A stretch of 24,000 bases of DNA, from contig NZ_SLXT01000001.1 in the NCBI RefSeq assembly GCF_004341395.1, positions 111,748 through 135,747 on the forward strand, in the 5' to 3' direction. Made by a program: the position numbers and the translations under genes. The notes beneath the pieces were generated by a model. The model made no database searches, was not told the DNA's origin, and saw only the letters and a list, made by a program, of their open reading frames with translations. Origin of the DNA: Heliophilum fasciatum (GTDB lineage Bacteria > Bacillota > Desulfitobacteriia > Heliobacteriales > Heliobacteriaceae). The number at the start of each line of letters is the position of its first letter. Position 1 is the first letter of the stretch. Below are positions 14,062-22,657 of the stretch, one piece after another.

Positions 14062-15135
14062 TTGAACACTTTGGTAAGACGCGACGAACTGACCTCGTTA
14101 GAACGAATCGCCACCGCACTCCAGTATAAAAAACCCGATCGCGTACCTGTTGCCCCCTTGGTTTGTGGTGCCTCCCACCGGGTCTTAGGAACAAGCTATG
14201 ACAAATGGTCCATGGACGCCGACTTGGCAACCAGAAGCCTCCTGGCCGCCCATGAGATCATCGGATTTGATTCCTTCTTGACCCTGGTCGATTTATCGGT
14301 CGAGGCCTACGACTTTGGACAGGAAGTTGTTTTTCCCAAGAACAGCACCGCCTACACCGAAACAAGCAATCCATTGATCAAAACGGTCGAGGACTATTAC
14401 AAACTTACGCCCATCAATCCCCGGGAAACCACACGGATGAGCATGGTTATCGACATGTGCGCCGGACTGTCGAAGGCTCGCGGCAAAGACACCGCCGTCA
14501 TCGGCTTCGTCTATGGCCCTTTAGGTGTGCTTTCCCAACTGCGCGGTCATGAGCGGATGTTTGTCGACTGCATTCGCCACCCTGAGGCGATTCTTCATGC
14601 CGTAGAAGTGCTTACTGAAGTGCTGATTGAATATGCGAAAGCCCAGATCGAAGCAGGTGCCCATGCGATATGTATTGATACCCTCTACGCGTCAGGGAGC
14701 ATTATGAGTAAGCGCATGTGGGAAAAATTCGAAGGTCCCTTTGCCAAGCGCATTGCCGATGCGATTCGCGCAGCCGGGGTAACCGTATTGCTCCATAACT
14801 GCGGCAATAAAATCTATTTTGACGTCCAGGAAAAATGGTGCAATCCCACAGCCATCTCCCATGCCTACCCCTCCGATGACTGCGCTGACTGGGATGAACA
14901 TGCCCGGAAATGGGGGAAGAAAATCGTCACCATCGGCTACTCCGTTCCATCCGATACGGGGATCATGATGAGCCCGGAAGAAATCATGGAAGATTGCCGC
15001 AAGCAGATCGAAACGTTTAAAGATTGCGACGGCGGGTTTATCTTGGCCACCGGCTGCGAATTCCCCCCAAACGGTAATTTATTAAGCGCCATCGCTATGG
15101 TAAACGCCTCCAAAACATACGGCCGTTACAGCTAA
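14062..15135 (+). CDS. URO-D family (MtaA/CmuA-like) corrinoid methyltransferase
   Basis: N-terminal KPDRVPVAP. Zn-ligand pattern LLHNCGN ... ATGCEFPPN. The ~350 aa size fits the family. The start is TTG at 14062 or TTG at 14071; AAGGAAG ends at 14061. Confidence 0.85.
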   Translation: MNTLVRRDELTSLERIATALQYKKPDRVPVAPLVCGASHRVLGTSYDKWSMDADLATRSLLAAHEIIGFDSFLTLVDLSVEAYDFGQEVVFPKNSTAYTETSNPLIKTVEDYYKLTPINPRETTRMSMVIDMCAGLSKARGKDTAVIGFVYGPLGVLSQLRGHERMFVDCIRHPEAILHAVEVLTEVLIEYAKAQIEAGAHAICIDTLYASGSIMSKRMWEKFEGPFAKRIADAIRAAGVTVLLHNCGNKIYFDVQEKWCNPTAISHAYPSDDCADWDEHARKWGKKIVTIGYSVPSDTGIMMSPEEIMEDCRKQIETFKDCDGGFILATGCEFPPNGNLLSAIAMVNASKTYGRYS

Positions 15136-15296
15136 ACCGTTCAGGTGATTTCTCTACCCTGAAAATCCCCTCGCTGTTGCTTTCATCCTTTGGGGTGCTA
15201 CATAGCAGCATGTTGTCTATTTTACCCGAAGTGCTCAGCGTGCGATCAAGCTTACCGGATTAATTGCAAAGTAATAAAAAGGAAGTGACTGTCCTA

Positions 15297-15944
15297 ATGT
15301 CAGAACTGAAAGATAAATTATTCCAAGAGCTTTCCGATGCCGTTGTGGATATGGATGAGGATAAGACGGTAGCGACCAGCCATCGCGTGATCGAGGAAGG
15401 CATCGACGCATATGAAGCGATTGAAAACGGCCTCGCCCATGGCATGGATCGAGTCGGCGAGCTTTTTGACCAAGAAGAATACTTCATTCCCGAAGTGTTG
15501 ATGAGTTCCGACGCCATGTATGCCGGTGTGGAAGTGCTGAAACCCCATCTGAAGGCGACCGAGCAGGGAGAAAAAACCAAAGTCGTCATCGGTGTTGTTG
15601 AAGGCGATACCCATGATATTGGCAAAAACCTCGTCAAAATTATGCTCGAGACCTCTGGTTTTGAAGTCATCGACTTGGGTCGGGATATTCCACCGCAGCA
15701 GTTTGTCGACAAAGCTACTGAAGTAGGTGCCCAGATCATCGGACTGGCGACCTTGATGACAACCACCATGGATGGCATGCACGAAGTCATTCGCATCTTG
15801 GAACAAAAAAATATTCGCAGCCAGTTCAAGGTGATGATCGGTGGCGGACCGATCTCACAGGCCTTTGCCGATAAAATCGGTGCTGACAGTTACGCCGTCA
15901 ATGCAGCCGACGCCGTGAGAAAAGCACGAAAACTGGTCAGCTAA
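15297..15944 (+). CDS. cobalamin-binding corrinoid protein (MtaC/MtbC-like)
   Basis: DxHxxG motif (EGDTHDIGKN), S/TxL (GLATLMTTT) and GG (MIGGGP), plus the N-terminal helical cap domain. The ATG at 15297 has AAGGAAGTGA 8 nt upstream. Confidence 0.9.
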   Translation: MSELKDKLFQELSDAVVDMDEDKTVATSHRVIEEGIDAYEAIENGLAHGMDRVGELFDQEEYFIPEVLMSSDAMYAGVEVLKPHLKATEQGEKTKVVIGVVEGDTHDIGKNLVKIMLETSGFEVIDLGRDIPPQQFVDKATEVGAQIIGLATLMTTTMDGMHEVIRILEQKNIRSQFKVMIGGGPISQAFADKIGADSYAVNAADAVRKARKLVS

Positions 15945-15988
15945 GTTGGTAGAACGGCGGCTCATTTAGTCGGTATATTAAAAAGCCA

Positions 15989-16031
15989 ACGCCCTCGGAC
16001 ATCCAGTCAGGAGCCGAGGGCGTCTTTCTTT
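15989..16031. terminator. bidirectional terminator between convergent operons
   Basis: ACGCCCTCGG / CCGAGGGCGT is a perfect 10-bp stem with a 15-nt loop. CTTTCTTTG follows on the plus strand, and a TTTTTAATA-type run follows on the minus strand. Confidence 0.75.
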
Positions 16032-16066
16032 GCCCACAAGTACGTCTGGCCAATCGCCCTTTCCCC

Positions 16067-17650
16067 TCAACTACCGGACGAACGCATCTGATCAATCAAA
16101 TGATCCACCGTCCGCCAGGCCAGCGCCATCGCCGTCAGCGTCGGATTAGACGCTCCCGACGTTACAAACAGTGACGTATCGGCAATAAATAAATTGGGAT
16201 GATCATGCGTCCGCCCCCAAGCATCGGTCACTGACGTCGCCGGGTCCTTGCCCATCCGGCAGCCGCCCAGCATGTGCGACGTATCGGGCGCCACAAATTC
16301 CACTCGCCCGCCGGCCGCTTCCAAGATGCGTTTGGCCATCGCCACGCCGGCTTCAATCACTTTATGATCATTATCACCGTAGGAAAAGGTGATCAGCGGT
16401 ACCGGCAGTCCCGATGCATCGATCTCCCCGGTCAGCGTCACGCTGTTGTTCACCTGTGGAAGCACCTCGCCGACCATGGTGATCCGTGCGAAAAAGTTAT
16501 AATCCCGGGCGATTTCCCGCAGATTCGCTCCCCAGGCACCGCTGGCTTTTACCACCGGGCGCAAAAAACCGAGTGGCCGTGATCCATGGGAATGCAGCGT
16601 AAAGCCCCGCTTGCGCGAACCATCCTTGGGCGTTTCATAAAATTCCTGGGTCGTCGCCATGATCGGCGTACCTTTATAAGGCAACACTTCGACCGGGAAG
16701 CGCGCAATCACCTCATGGCCCGAATGGAGCATAAAACACTTACCGACCATGCCGCTGCGATTGGCCAGCCCCTGGGGATGCCCTGCATCCATCGACATCA
16801 GCAACAGCCGGGGCGTTTCGATCGCCGAAGCGCAAAGAACAACAATAGCCGCCCGCTGCCGGTATTCGGTCCCATCATATAAGAAGGTAACCCCTTCTAC
16901 ACGTTCATCATCATCCACGAGAATCGAATTGACCATACAACCTGGGCGCAATTCCACCCTGGCTTCCACCGCCTGGGAAATGTGATGAATCAAGGTGGAA
17001 AACTTCGAGTTCGGCAAGCATCCCTGCGCACAAAAACCGCGATTGATGCAAGGCGGTCGTCCTTCATAGGGCGCTGAAAGAATCGCCAGCGGTGCCACCG
17101 TACTCCGGATCCCCAAGCGCTCGCAGCCTTCCCGAAACAACTGGTGCGTCACAGCGATCGGTTCCCGCTCCGGGTACGGATAGGAACCTTTGAAGCCGCC
17201 CCAGGGATACTCCTTCGGCCCCGAAACAGGGATTTCTTTTTCCAACCGCTCATAATAAGGCACCAGATCATCATAGGCGATCGGCCAGTCTTCCCCAACC
17301 CCATCGGCGGTGCGGATGTGAAAATCGGAAGAAAAAAACCGTGGCGTCACGGCCGTAAAGTGAATCGTACCGCCACCCACACCGGTTCCGGCGATGTTAT
17401 GGCCCAGTTCCGGCGGATCGGCGCCGGCCGTCAGCCGCTTGGCCCGCCAGGCCGTCTTGCGCATATGCAGTTCATCGCTGACAAAGTCCCGCTCCACCTG
17501 CCAGTGCGGTCCTGCTTCTAGCAAAACCACCTTGCAGCCGGCTCGCCCCAGTTCCCGGGCGACCAGCCCACCCGTCGCGCCGGCACCGACGACCACCACA
17601 TCAACCGTTTCATCCAGCCAAGGCCACGGTGCTCCATGCGTTGCACTCAT
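16067..17650 (-). CDS. GMC family FAD-dependent oxidoreductase (gluconate 2-dehydrogenase flavoprotein-like)
   Basis: Rossmann fold VDVVVVGAGATGG...LLEAG. GMC C-terminal domain HMLGGCRMG...PNLFIADTSLFVTSGASNPTLT. Its start has an ATGA overlap with the upstream gene. Confidence 0.85.
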   Translation of the reverse strand: MSATHGAPWPWLDETVDVVVVGAGATGGLVARELGRAGCKVVLLEAGPHWQVERDFVSDELHMRKTAWRAKRLTAGADPPELGHNIAGTGVGGGTIHFTAVTPRFFSSDFHIRTADGVGEDWPIAYDDLVPYYERLEKEIPVSGPKEYPWGGFKGSYPYPEREPIAVTHQLFREGCERLGIRSTVAPLAILSAPYEGRPPCINRGFCAQGCLPNSKFSTLIHHISQAVEARVELRPGCMVNSILVDDDERVEGVTFLYDGTEYRQRAAIVVLCASAIETPRLLLMSMDAGHPQGLANRSGMVGKCFMLHSGHEVIARFPVEVLPYKGTPIMATTQEFYETPKDGSRKRGFTLHSHGSRPLGFLRPVVKASGAWGANLREIARDYNFFARITMVGEVLPQVNNSVTLTGEIDASGLPVPLITFSYGDNDHKVIEAGVAMAKRILEAAGGRVEFVAPDTSHMLGGCRMGKDPATSVTDAWGRTHDHPNLFIADTSLFVTSGASNPTLTAMALAWRTVDHLIDQMRSSGS

Positions 17651-18324
17651 TCCCCCGCCTCCCCTACCGCCACACCATGCACCGGATCATCGGGCATCGA
17701 TGAAGGCCCCAGCCCTGCACCGCGCCGTTTTTGCATTTGCTCTGTATTCAGTACCGGCTCCCAGGGATCTTTAAGCCCACTTTCCAACCGGTAATAACCG
17801 CGCGGGTAGGCCGGGCCGCCAAAACCGATTTCCGACCAGATATCGGGTTGCGAAAAGAAAAAATCAACAGCGCTCAACAAGGCATGCTGAAAAAAGTCCT
17901 TCGCCGGCACCGTAGCCCAGGTCACCGTGCCTTGCTGCACTTGCAGCAGCAAGTTATCCCGCTCCAGTGGCGTCAAGGCGACAAAACTCCGCCCGTACTC
18001 GGCCACGGCCGTGCGTTCCAATTCACCGAGCCCGTAACGCCAAAGCACTTCTTCATCGGGCAAATGGGTCGGGTGATACCCCTGCCCTCTTCGCTTAGCC
18101 AGATGCTCGTCCAATTGACCAGCCACCCGGAGCAACCGCCCTTCGTCGGCATCACCGACAAGCGCGCCGATCAATACCTGAATACAAGTGAATTCCGTAG
18201 ACGTAAAAAAGCGCGGCTCTGACGGCTTCACCAAGCGATCAGCCACGATCCGTCGTGTACGTTCATCCCAGTGCGCTTGCTCGGCCATCACATCATAACC
18301 GGGATACATGCTGTTCATGATCAT
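17647..18324 (-). CDS. gluconate 2-dehydrogenase subunit 3-like protein
   Basis: It is translationally coupled to the GMC gene. FFTSTEFTCIQVLIGALVGDAD resembles the family core. The start may be the ATG at 18318 (AAGGGGG, 6-nt spacing). Confidence 0.6.
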   Translation of the reverse strand: MIMNSMYPGYDVMAEQAHWDERTRRIVADRLVKPSEPRFFTSTEFTCIQVLIGALVGDADEGRLLRVAGQLDEHLAKRRGQGYHPTHLPDEEVLWRYGLGELERTAVAEYGRSFVALTPLERDNLLLQVQQGTVTWATVPAKDFFQHALLSAVDFFFSQPDIWSEIGFGGPAYPRGYYRLESGLKDPWEPVLNTEQMQKRRGAGLGPSSMPDDPVHGVAVGEAGE

Positions 18325-18329
18325 CCCCC

Positions 18330-18725
18330 TTACCAGTACATGGCCAACAGCCCCAGAACCGACAAGGCCGACAACATCATCGGCAAGATCAGCGGCGGCC
18401 CAATCATGATATTATGAAGGCCCCAGCCGCCCACGCGCTGGCCCACGCCGCGGCCATGAAAATAAATCCCCAGCAACGAACTGCCCAGTTCCAACCATAA
18501 CGCAAGGATAAACAACAAGCGCATTGTCACCGTTTCCTTAGCCACCAGCAAAAAACCCAACAGCGCCGCAATCGGCAACCCGATTACCGGTCCCCACATG
18601 GCCCAGTGCCGAAAATTTTGCCGGTAATGAAACAGCGTCACCTGCACCGCCAGCAGCGCAAAAGCCAGCGACGTAAAAAGCACCAGCGTTCGCTCCCAGG
18701 GCCAACCTACCCAGCGATCGATCAA
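18330..18725 (-). CDS. small four-TM membrane protein with conserved-looking His residues
   Basis: TTG start with a GGGGGAGGTGAT RBS. Four hydrophobic segments are visible. The gene ends 5 nt before the next gene. No family recognised. Confidence 0.6.
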   Translation of the reverse strand: MIDRWVGWPWERTLVLFTSLAFALLAVQVTLFHYRQNFRHWAMWGPVIGLPIAALLGFLLVAKETVTMRLLFILALWLELGSSLLGIYFHGRGVGQRVGGWGLHNIMIGPPLILPMMLSALSVLGLLAMYW

Positions 18726-18769
18726 GATATCACCTCCCCCAAAATTCCTTACCCTTCACGCAACGTTGC

Positions 18770-18818
18770 AATAAAAAAGACCTTCTCCTTGCTTATTGTG
18801 AGCAAGAAGAAGGTCTTT
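18770..18818 (-). terminator. terminator after the acyltransferase gene
   Basis: On the minus strand: AAAGACCTTCT-t-CTTGCT / AGCAAG-g-AGAAGGTCTTT, followed by TTTTTATT. Confidence 0.85.
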
Positions 18819-18829
18819 CTATCCTGATT

Positions 18830-20050
18830 TCATGATTTTATCGAAAGTGAATCAACCGGTTCACCAACTGCCACCGGCGGCATCATCCGGCGTCGCCCCC
18901 CGGTTCCCACCAGCCAATGACCTCCGGGCAAGCGCGAAAGCAGTAACGATCCCCCATAGGCTACGGCCGTACAAAAGCCAAAAGCCACGAACATCTTCAG
19001 CACCGGGTTCAGCACCGGCAAAAACCGAATCACCACCCGGGCCACATAATCAAGCGCCAGCGCATGCATTAAATACGCACCGTAGGAATGACGGCCCAAC
19101 GCTTTTAAAGCGCCAGACCAGCGCACCTGCGTCTGCCACGCCCGGGAAGCGGCATAGAGCAAGATCAGCATGCTCACCGAGTACAGCGCCATGGTGGGCT
19201 TCAGCGTTGTGGAAACATTGATATCCACCGCCGGAACACCGGGACCATTGGCACCAAAGGACAGACTGCCCACCAGCGGGTAAGTCACGATCAGGAACAA
19301 GACCAACCCGATCCCCAAGTTCCCAAAGGCATACCGCTCTGCCCAGGCCCGCCATTGATCAATGTACATCCCCACGATTCCGCCGAGGATAAAGTAGAAA
19401 AACCAGAAAAGCAAATTGCGATCACGATAATCGGCAAACAACTGCCAAGCCCGCCAACCGGCCCAGCGTTCACTCCATAAGGGAATCATATCAACGGACA
19501 ACCACATCAACAGCAGATAGCCCACAGCCAAACCCAGAATCCAGGCAAGCCCCTGCCTACTCGTTGTCAGCCGCGGCCCGATCGCCAGCCAGCCCTGGCG
19601 GAACAAGGGAAAAAACAAATAAAACTGAAAAATCATCACCACAAACCACAGGTGATAGCAGCCGGTCCCCGTCAGCAACGCTTTCAAAAAATACCGCAAT
19701 CGCTCAACCGCGCCAGCACCAATCGCCGGATCGCCGCTGATCCAGATCGCATCGGCCACATAGATCAAGGTCCAAAAAAAATAGGGCACCATGATCTCGC
19801 GAAAGCGCTTACCTAAAAACTGCCCATACTTCAATCGTTCCCCGTAGTTATAGAAAAGAACGATACCTGTAATAAACACAAACATCGGTACGGCAAACTT
19901 CACCAGATTAAAGACAATCGCCAAGGTGATCACATCACCAATATGTACATCAGGCCGGCGCAGGAAAATCCCGAGCGTGTGTTGCAGCACCACTCCCAAA
20001 AACGCCAACCCCCGCAGATCATCGATCTCCGGAATCGCCCCTTTGGCCAC
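18830..20050 (-). CDS. acyltransferase family 3 (OatA-like) integral membrane protein
   Basis: N-terminal LRGLAFLGVVLQH motif and about 10 TM helices. The GTG start has AAGGCGGTG 5 nt upstream. Confidence 0.8.
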   Translation of the reverse strand: MAKGAIPEIDDLRGLAFLGVVLQHTLGIFLRRPDVHIGDVITLAIVFNLVKFAVPMFVFITGIVLFYNYGERLKYGQFLGKRFREIMVPYFFWTLIYVADAIWISGDPAIGAGAVERLRYFLKALLTGTGCYHLWFVVMIFQFYLFFPLFRQGWLAIGPRLTTSRQGLAWILGLAVGYLLLMWLSVDMIPLWSERWAGWRAWQLFADYRDRNLLFWFFYFILGGIVGMYIDQWRAWAERYAFGNLGIGLVLFLIVTYPLVGSLSFGANGPGVPAVDINVSTTLKPTMALYSVSMLILLYAASRAWQTQVRWSGALKALGRHSYGAYLMHALALDYVARVVIRFLPVLNPVLKMFVAFGFCTAVAYGGSLLLSRLPGGHWLVGTGGRRRMMPPVAVGEPVDSLSIKS

Positions 20051-20285
20051 AGGTCCACCGCCTTTACACTAAAAAAAACCAGCGAGGCAGTTACGTACCG
20101 GGGCAAATGGTTAGATATGGCCATTCACGGCGCAAGCAACCATCTCCCCATCGCCAACCCTCACTGGCCTGCTTAGCGTACTATACCATGGACAAGCAGA
20201 AAAAAGTATCCCTTTGATCAAACCACCTTTTCTTAACCCTACCGTTCCATCTTCTCAAGAAATACAAGGTGACTCTTCATCGGCG

Positions 20286-20939
20286 TTATTTCAACGGCTC
20301 CAGCAGCCGTTTATAGTAAAATCCCGTATTATACAGCGCTGCTGCCGGGTTATGGCCGAGCACGCGATCCTTAACGATCAATGTGGTCACTGGCGCCTCT
20401 GAATACTTGATAAACATGGAGTCATGACCTACACAAAGGCCGATGATCACGTTGAGATCGGTTTTTTCACGGTTTAGCAGGCGTGCTTGCATCACCGGAT
20501 TGCATAGGGACTCATGGCATCCCTGGTTGACTTTCATCGACTCGGGAATACCGATCTCCGTCTTATCGATCGCGCCGACCTTGCAAAGGACGCTGTAATT
20601 CTCCAGGCCGTTGATCGCTAGAATGCGCGCGAACACCTTCGCTTCTTGACTTAAACCGATGCACGTAGCCAGTCCAATCTTTTTGGCTCCGATGCGCTTG
20701 GCAAAAGCGACAATCTCCTCGACACGGGTCAGCCTGCCGTAATAGGTACCTTCCACCTCTGCAGCCGCTTTGGTGAGCCGGGCAATCGCCGGATCTTCCT
20801 GGTAAAGCGTCTTTAGTTCTTCACGTTCCGTTGCTGTGATCGCCGTCGTCAGGCAAAAAGCAGGGAACGTTCCTTCGGCCGGACGGGCACAATTCAAGAC
20901 GCCGCAATCGGAACAGCTCAATGTTTTTTTCTCACTCAT
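20286..20939 (-). CDS. DUF1847-type Cys-rich metal-binding protein
   Basis: CSDCGVLNC...PAFC, CHESLCNP, IIGLCVGHD and KDRVLGHNP match my recollection of DUF1847. The ATG is at 20939. Confidence 0.6.
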   Translation of the reverse strand: MSEKKTLSCSDCGVLNCARPAEGTFPAFCLTTAITATEREELKTLYQEDPAIARLTKAAAEVEGTYYGRLTRVEEIVAFAKRIGAKKIGLATCIGLSQEAKVFARILAINGLENYSVLCKVGAIDKTEIGIPESMKVNQGCHESLCNPVMQARLLNREKTDLNVIIGLCVGHDSMFIKYSEAPVTTLIVKDRVLGHNPAAALYNTGFYYKRLLEPLK

Positions 20940-20962
20940 TGGTGTACCTGTCACTCCTGCAC

Positions 20963-22657
20963 TTAAAAATTCAAACTCTCCACAAAGACCCGATCAAAAC
21001 CGGGGTCATGGGCCAGTTCCACGACATCCACCGTATCGACCCAAGCCTGAGCCGTCGTCCGCAACGGTTCATGAACCAGCAATGCCTGCCCGCCGGTCAG
21101 TGCCGTATTGCCGACAAACTCGATCTTCCCGGCAAAGTCCGCCGGCAACAGACCGATATCGATCAAACTCCGTGCGCGCAAATGGTAGCCGAAGGAGCCG
21201 GCAATCAGCACCTGATCCACATCCGCCAGTGTCAGCCCCTCCCGTTTTAACATCATTTCAATACCGGCACGAACTGCCCCCTTGGCCAGTTGAACTTGGC
21301 GCACATCTTTTTGCGTCAGATAGACATCGCCGTCCACATAAAAGACGGTTTTGCCTTCACGCGGCTGTAGCCGTTCGGCCAACGCCGGCAGCAACTGGGT
21401 TCGCCCTGGATCGGCCCAGCGGCCGGTGGGCTGAAGTACTCCGTGGCGGACAAGTTCCCCTACCAGATCGATCAAGCCGCTGCCACAGATGCCGACGGCA
21501 GGCGCTTGCCCGATCGTCTCGACCGATAGGGTTCCATCGTCTTCAACCGTAAACCGTTCGACGGCACCGGCTGCAGCGCGCATGCCGCAAGCGATGTTCA
21601 TGCCCTCAAAAGCAGGACCGGCTGCCGTCGATGTGGCCAACAACCGGCCATCGCGGGCCAAGATCATCTCGCCGTTCGTACCGATGTCGACAAACAGCGT
21701 TGTCCCGACCCGGGACGCCAGTTCCGCCGCAACGACACCGGCGGTGATATCAGCTCCTACATAGGCCGAGATGATCGGCGGGAGATAGATCCGCCCCCAC
21801 GGCGCGATTGCCAACCCATGGGCTTGCGCTTCGATCACTCTGCCGCCGCGTTCCAAGGGATCATAGGGATAACGCCCCAGCGAGGTGGGATCCTGCCCGG
21901 TGGCCAGGTGCAGCATACAGGTGTTGCCCGAAAAGACAACTTCATAGATCTGCCGGCGATCAACGCCGCTTTGCCGGCAGACCTGGCCGATTAAATCATG
22001 CAGTTCCCCGATCAATCCCGCATAGAGCCGCTCCAAGCCTTGGGGCTCGCCGGCCAGCTTAATGCGCGAGAGCACATCCTGGGCATGCAAACTCTGTGGA
22101 TTCAGCGCTGATGATTTCGCCGTTTCCTGACCGGTATGTAAGGAAACCAGGGAAACGACCAGCGTCGTTGTCCCGATATCCACAACGACTCCCCACAAAT
22201 CGGCAACGGTATTACCCGTTTCACTCCCCAGGCATTCCTCTTCCCCGGTTTGCCTGTTGAGGGCCAATACGTCCGTTCGTTGCAACAGCGGATCATAGCG
22301 CTTACGGATGGCCGCATCAGCGATCACATCCAGTGCTTTTCCCTGACCGATGATCTGCATCGCTGCGGGCTGTCGTGCTGATGACGGCAAGAAAACTTCA
22401 ATATCGTCGAGCACTTCAGTCACGCAGGCCAAAACCGTGCCCTTCGCTTGATCGTCAACGGTGACATCATGGTGAGCCGCTTGCCGAATGCGATGGTGCC
22501 AAGCCGGGTCCACCTGTACACGGCACTTGCCGCAGGTACCGGCACAATTGCAAGGGGATTCGATCAATACACCAGCTTGCCGGGCCGCCGCCAAGATCGT
22601 TGTTCCCGCGGCAACGTCAATCGATGTCCCACCGGGCAGAAAGGTTACGCGAGCCAT
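20963..22657 (-). CDS. reductive activator of corrinoid enzymes (RACE/RACo-type; 2Fe-2S ferredoxin plus ASKHA ATPase)
   Basis: N-terminal CNCAGTCGKCRV...LAC ferredoxin motif. ASKHA phosphate motifs VVDIGTTT and FVDIGTNGE. The ATG at 22657 has GAGGAGGTG 7 nt upstream and overlaps the upstream gene by 13 nt. Confidence 0.85.
   Translation of the reverse strand: MARVTFLPGGTSIDVAAGTTILAAARQAGVLIESPCNCAGTCGKCRVQVDPAWHHRIRQAAHHDVTVDDQAKGTVLACVTEVLDDIEVFLPSSARQPAAMQIIGQGKALDVIADAAIRKRYDPLLQRTDVLALNRQTGEEECLGSETGNTVADLWGVVVDIGTTTLVVSLVSLHTGQETAKSSALNPQSLHAQDVLSRIKLAGEPQGLERLYAGLIGELHDLIGQVCRQSGVDRRQIYEVVFSGNTCMLHLATGQDPTSLGRYPYDPLERGGRVIEAQAHGLAIAPWGRIYLPPIISAYVGADITAGVVAAELASRVGTTLFVDIGTNGEMILARDGRLLATSTAAGPAFEGMNIACGMRAAAGAVERFTVEDDGTLSVETIGQAPAVGICGSGLIDLVGELVRHGVLQPTGRWADPGRTQLLPALAERLQPREGKTVFYVDGDVYLTQKDVRQVQLAKGAVRAGIEMMLKREGLTLADVDQVLIAGSFGYHLRARSLIDIGLLPADFAGKIEFVGNTALTGGQALLVHEPLRTTAQAWVDTVDVVELAHDPGFDRVFVESLNF

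Noticed and set aside
13555-14114. Track ORFs 13555..13767 (-, 70 aa) and 13794..14114 (-, 106 aa) in the divergent control region.
   Set aside because: They use TTG or poor starts without an RBS. They run through terminator hairpins and promoters and overlap the methyltransferase start. The region is better explained as non-coding regulatory DNA.
20836-21552. Long antisense ORFs in the track: 20836..21552 (+, 238 aa), 9780..10415 (+, 211 aa), 15260..15829 (-, 189 aa), 23113..23646 (+, 177 aa), 17731..18222 (+), 9097..9459 (+) and similar.
   Set aside because: Each lies wholly opposite a gene with clear family motifs. Each has a biased Arg/Pro/Ser/His-rich composition and no RBS. This is the typical stop-codon-poor antisense frame of GC-rich coding DNA.
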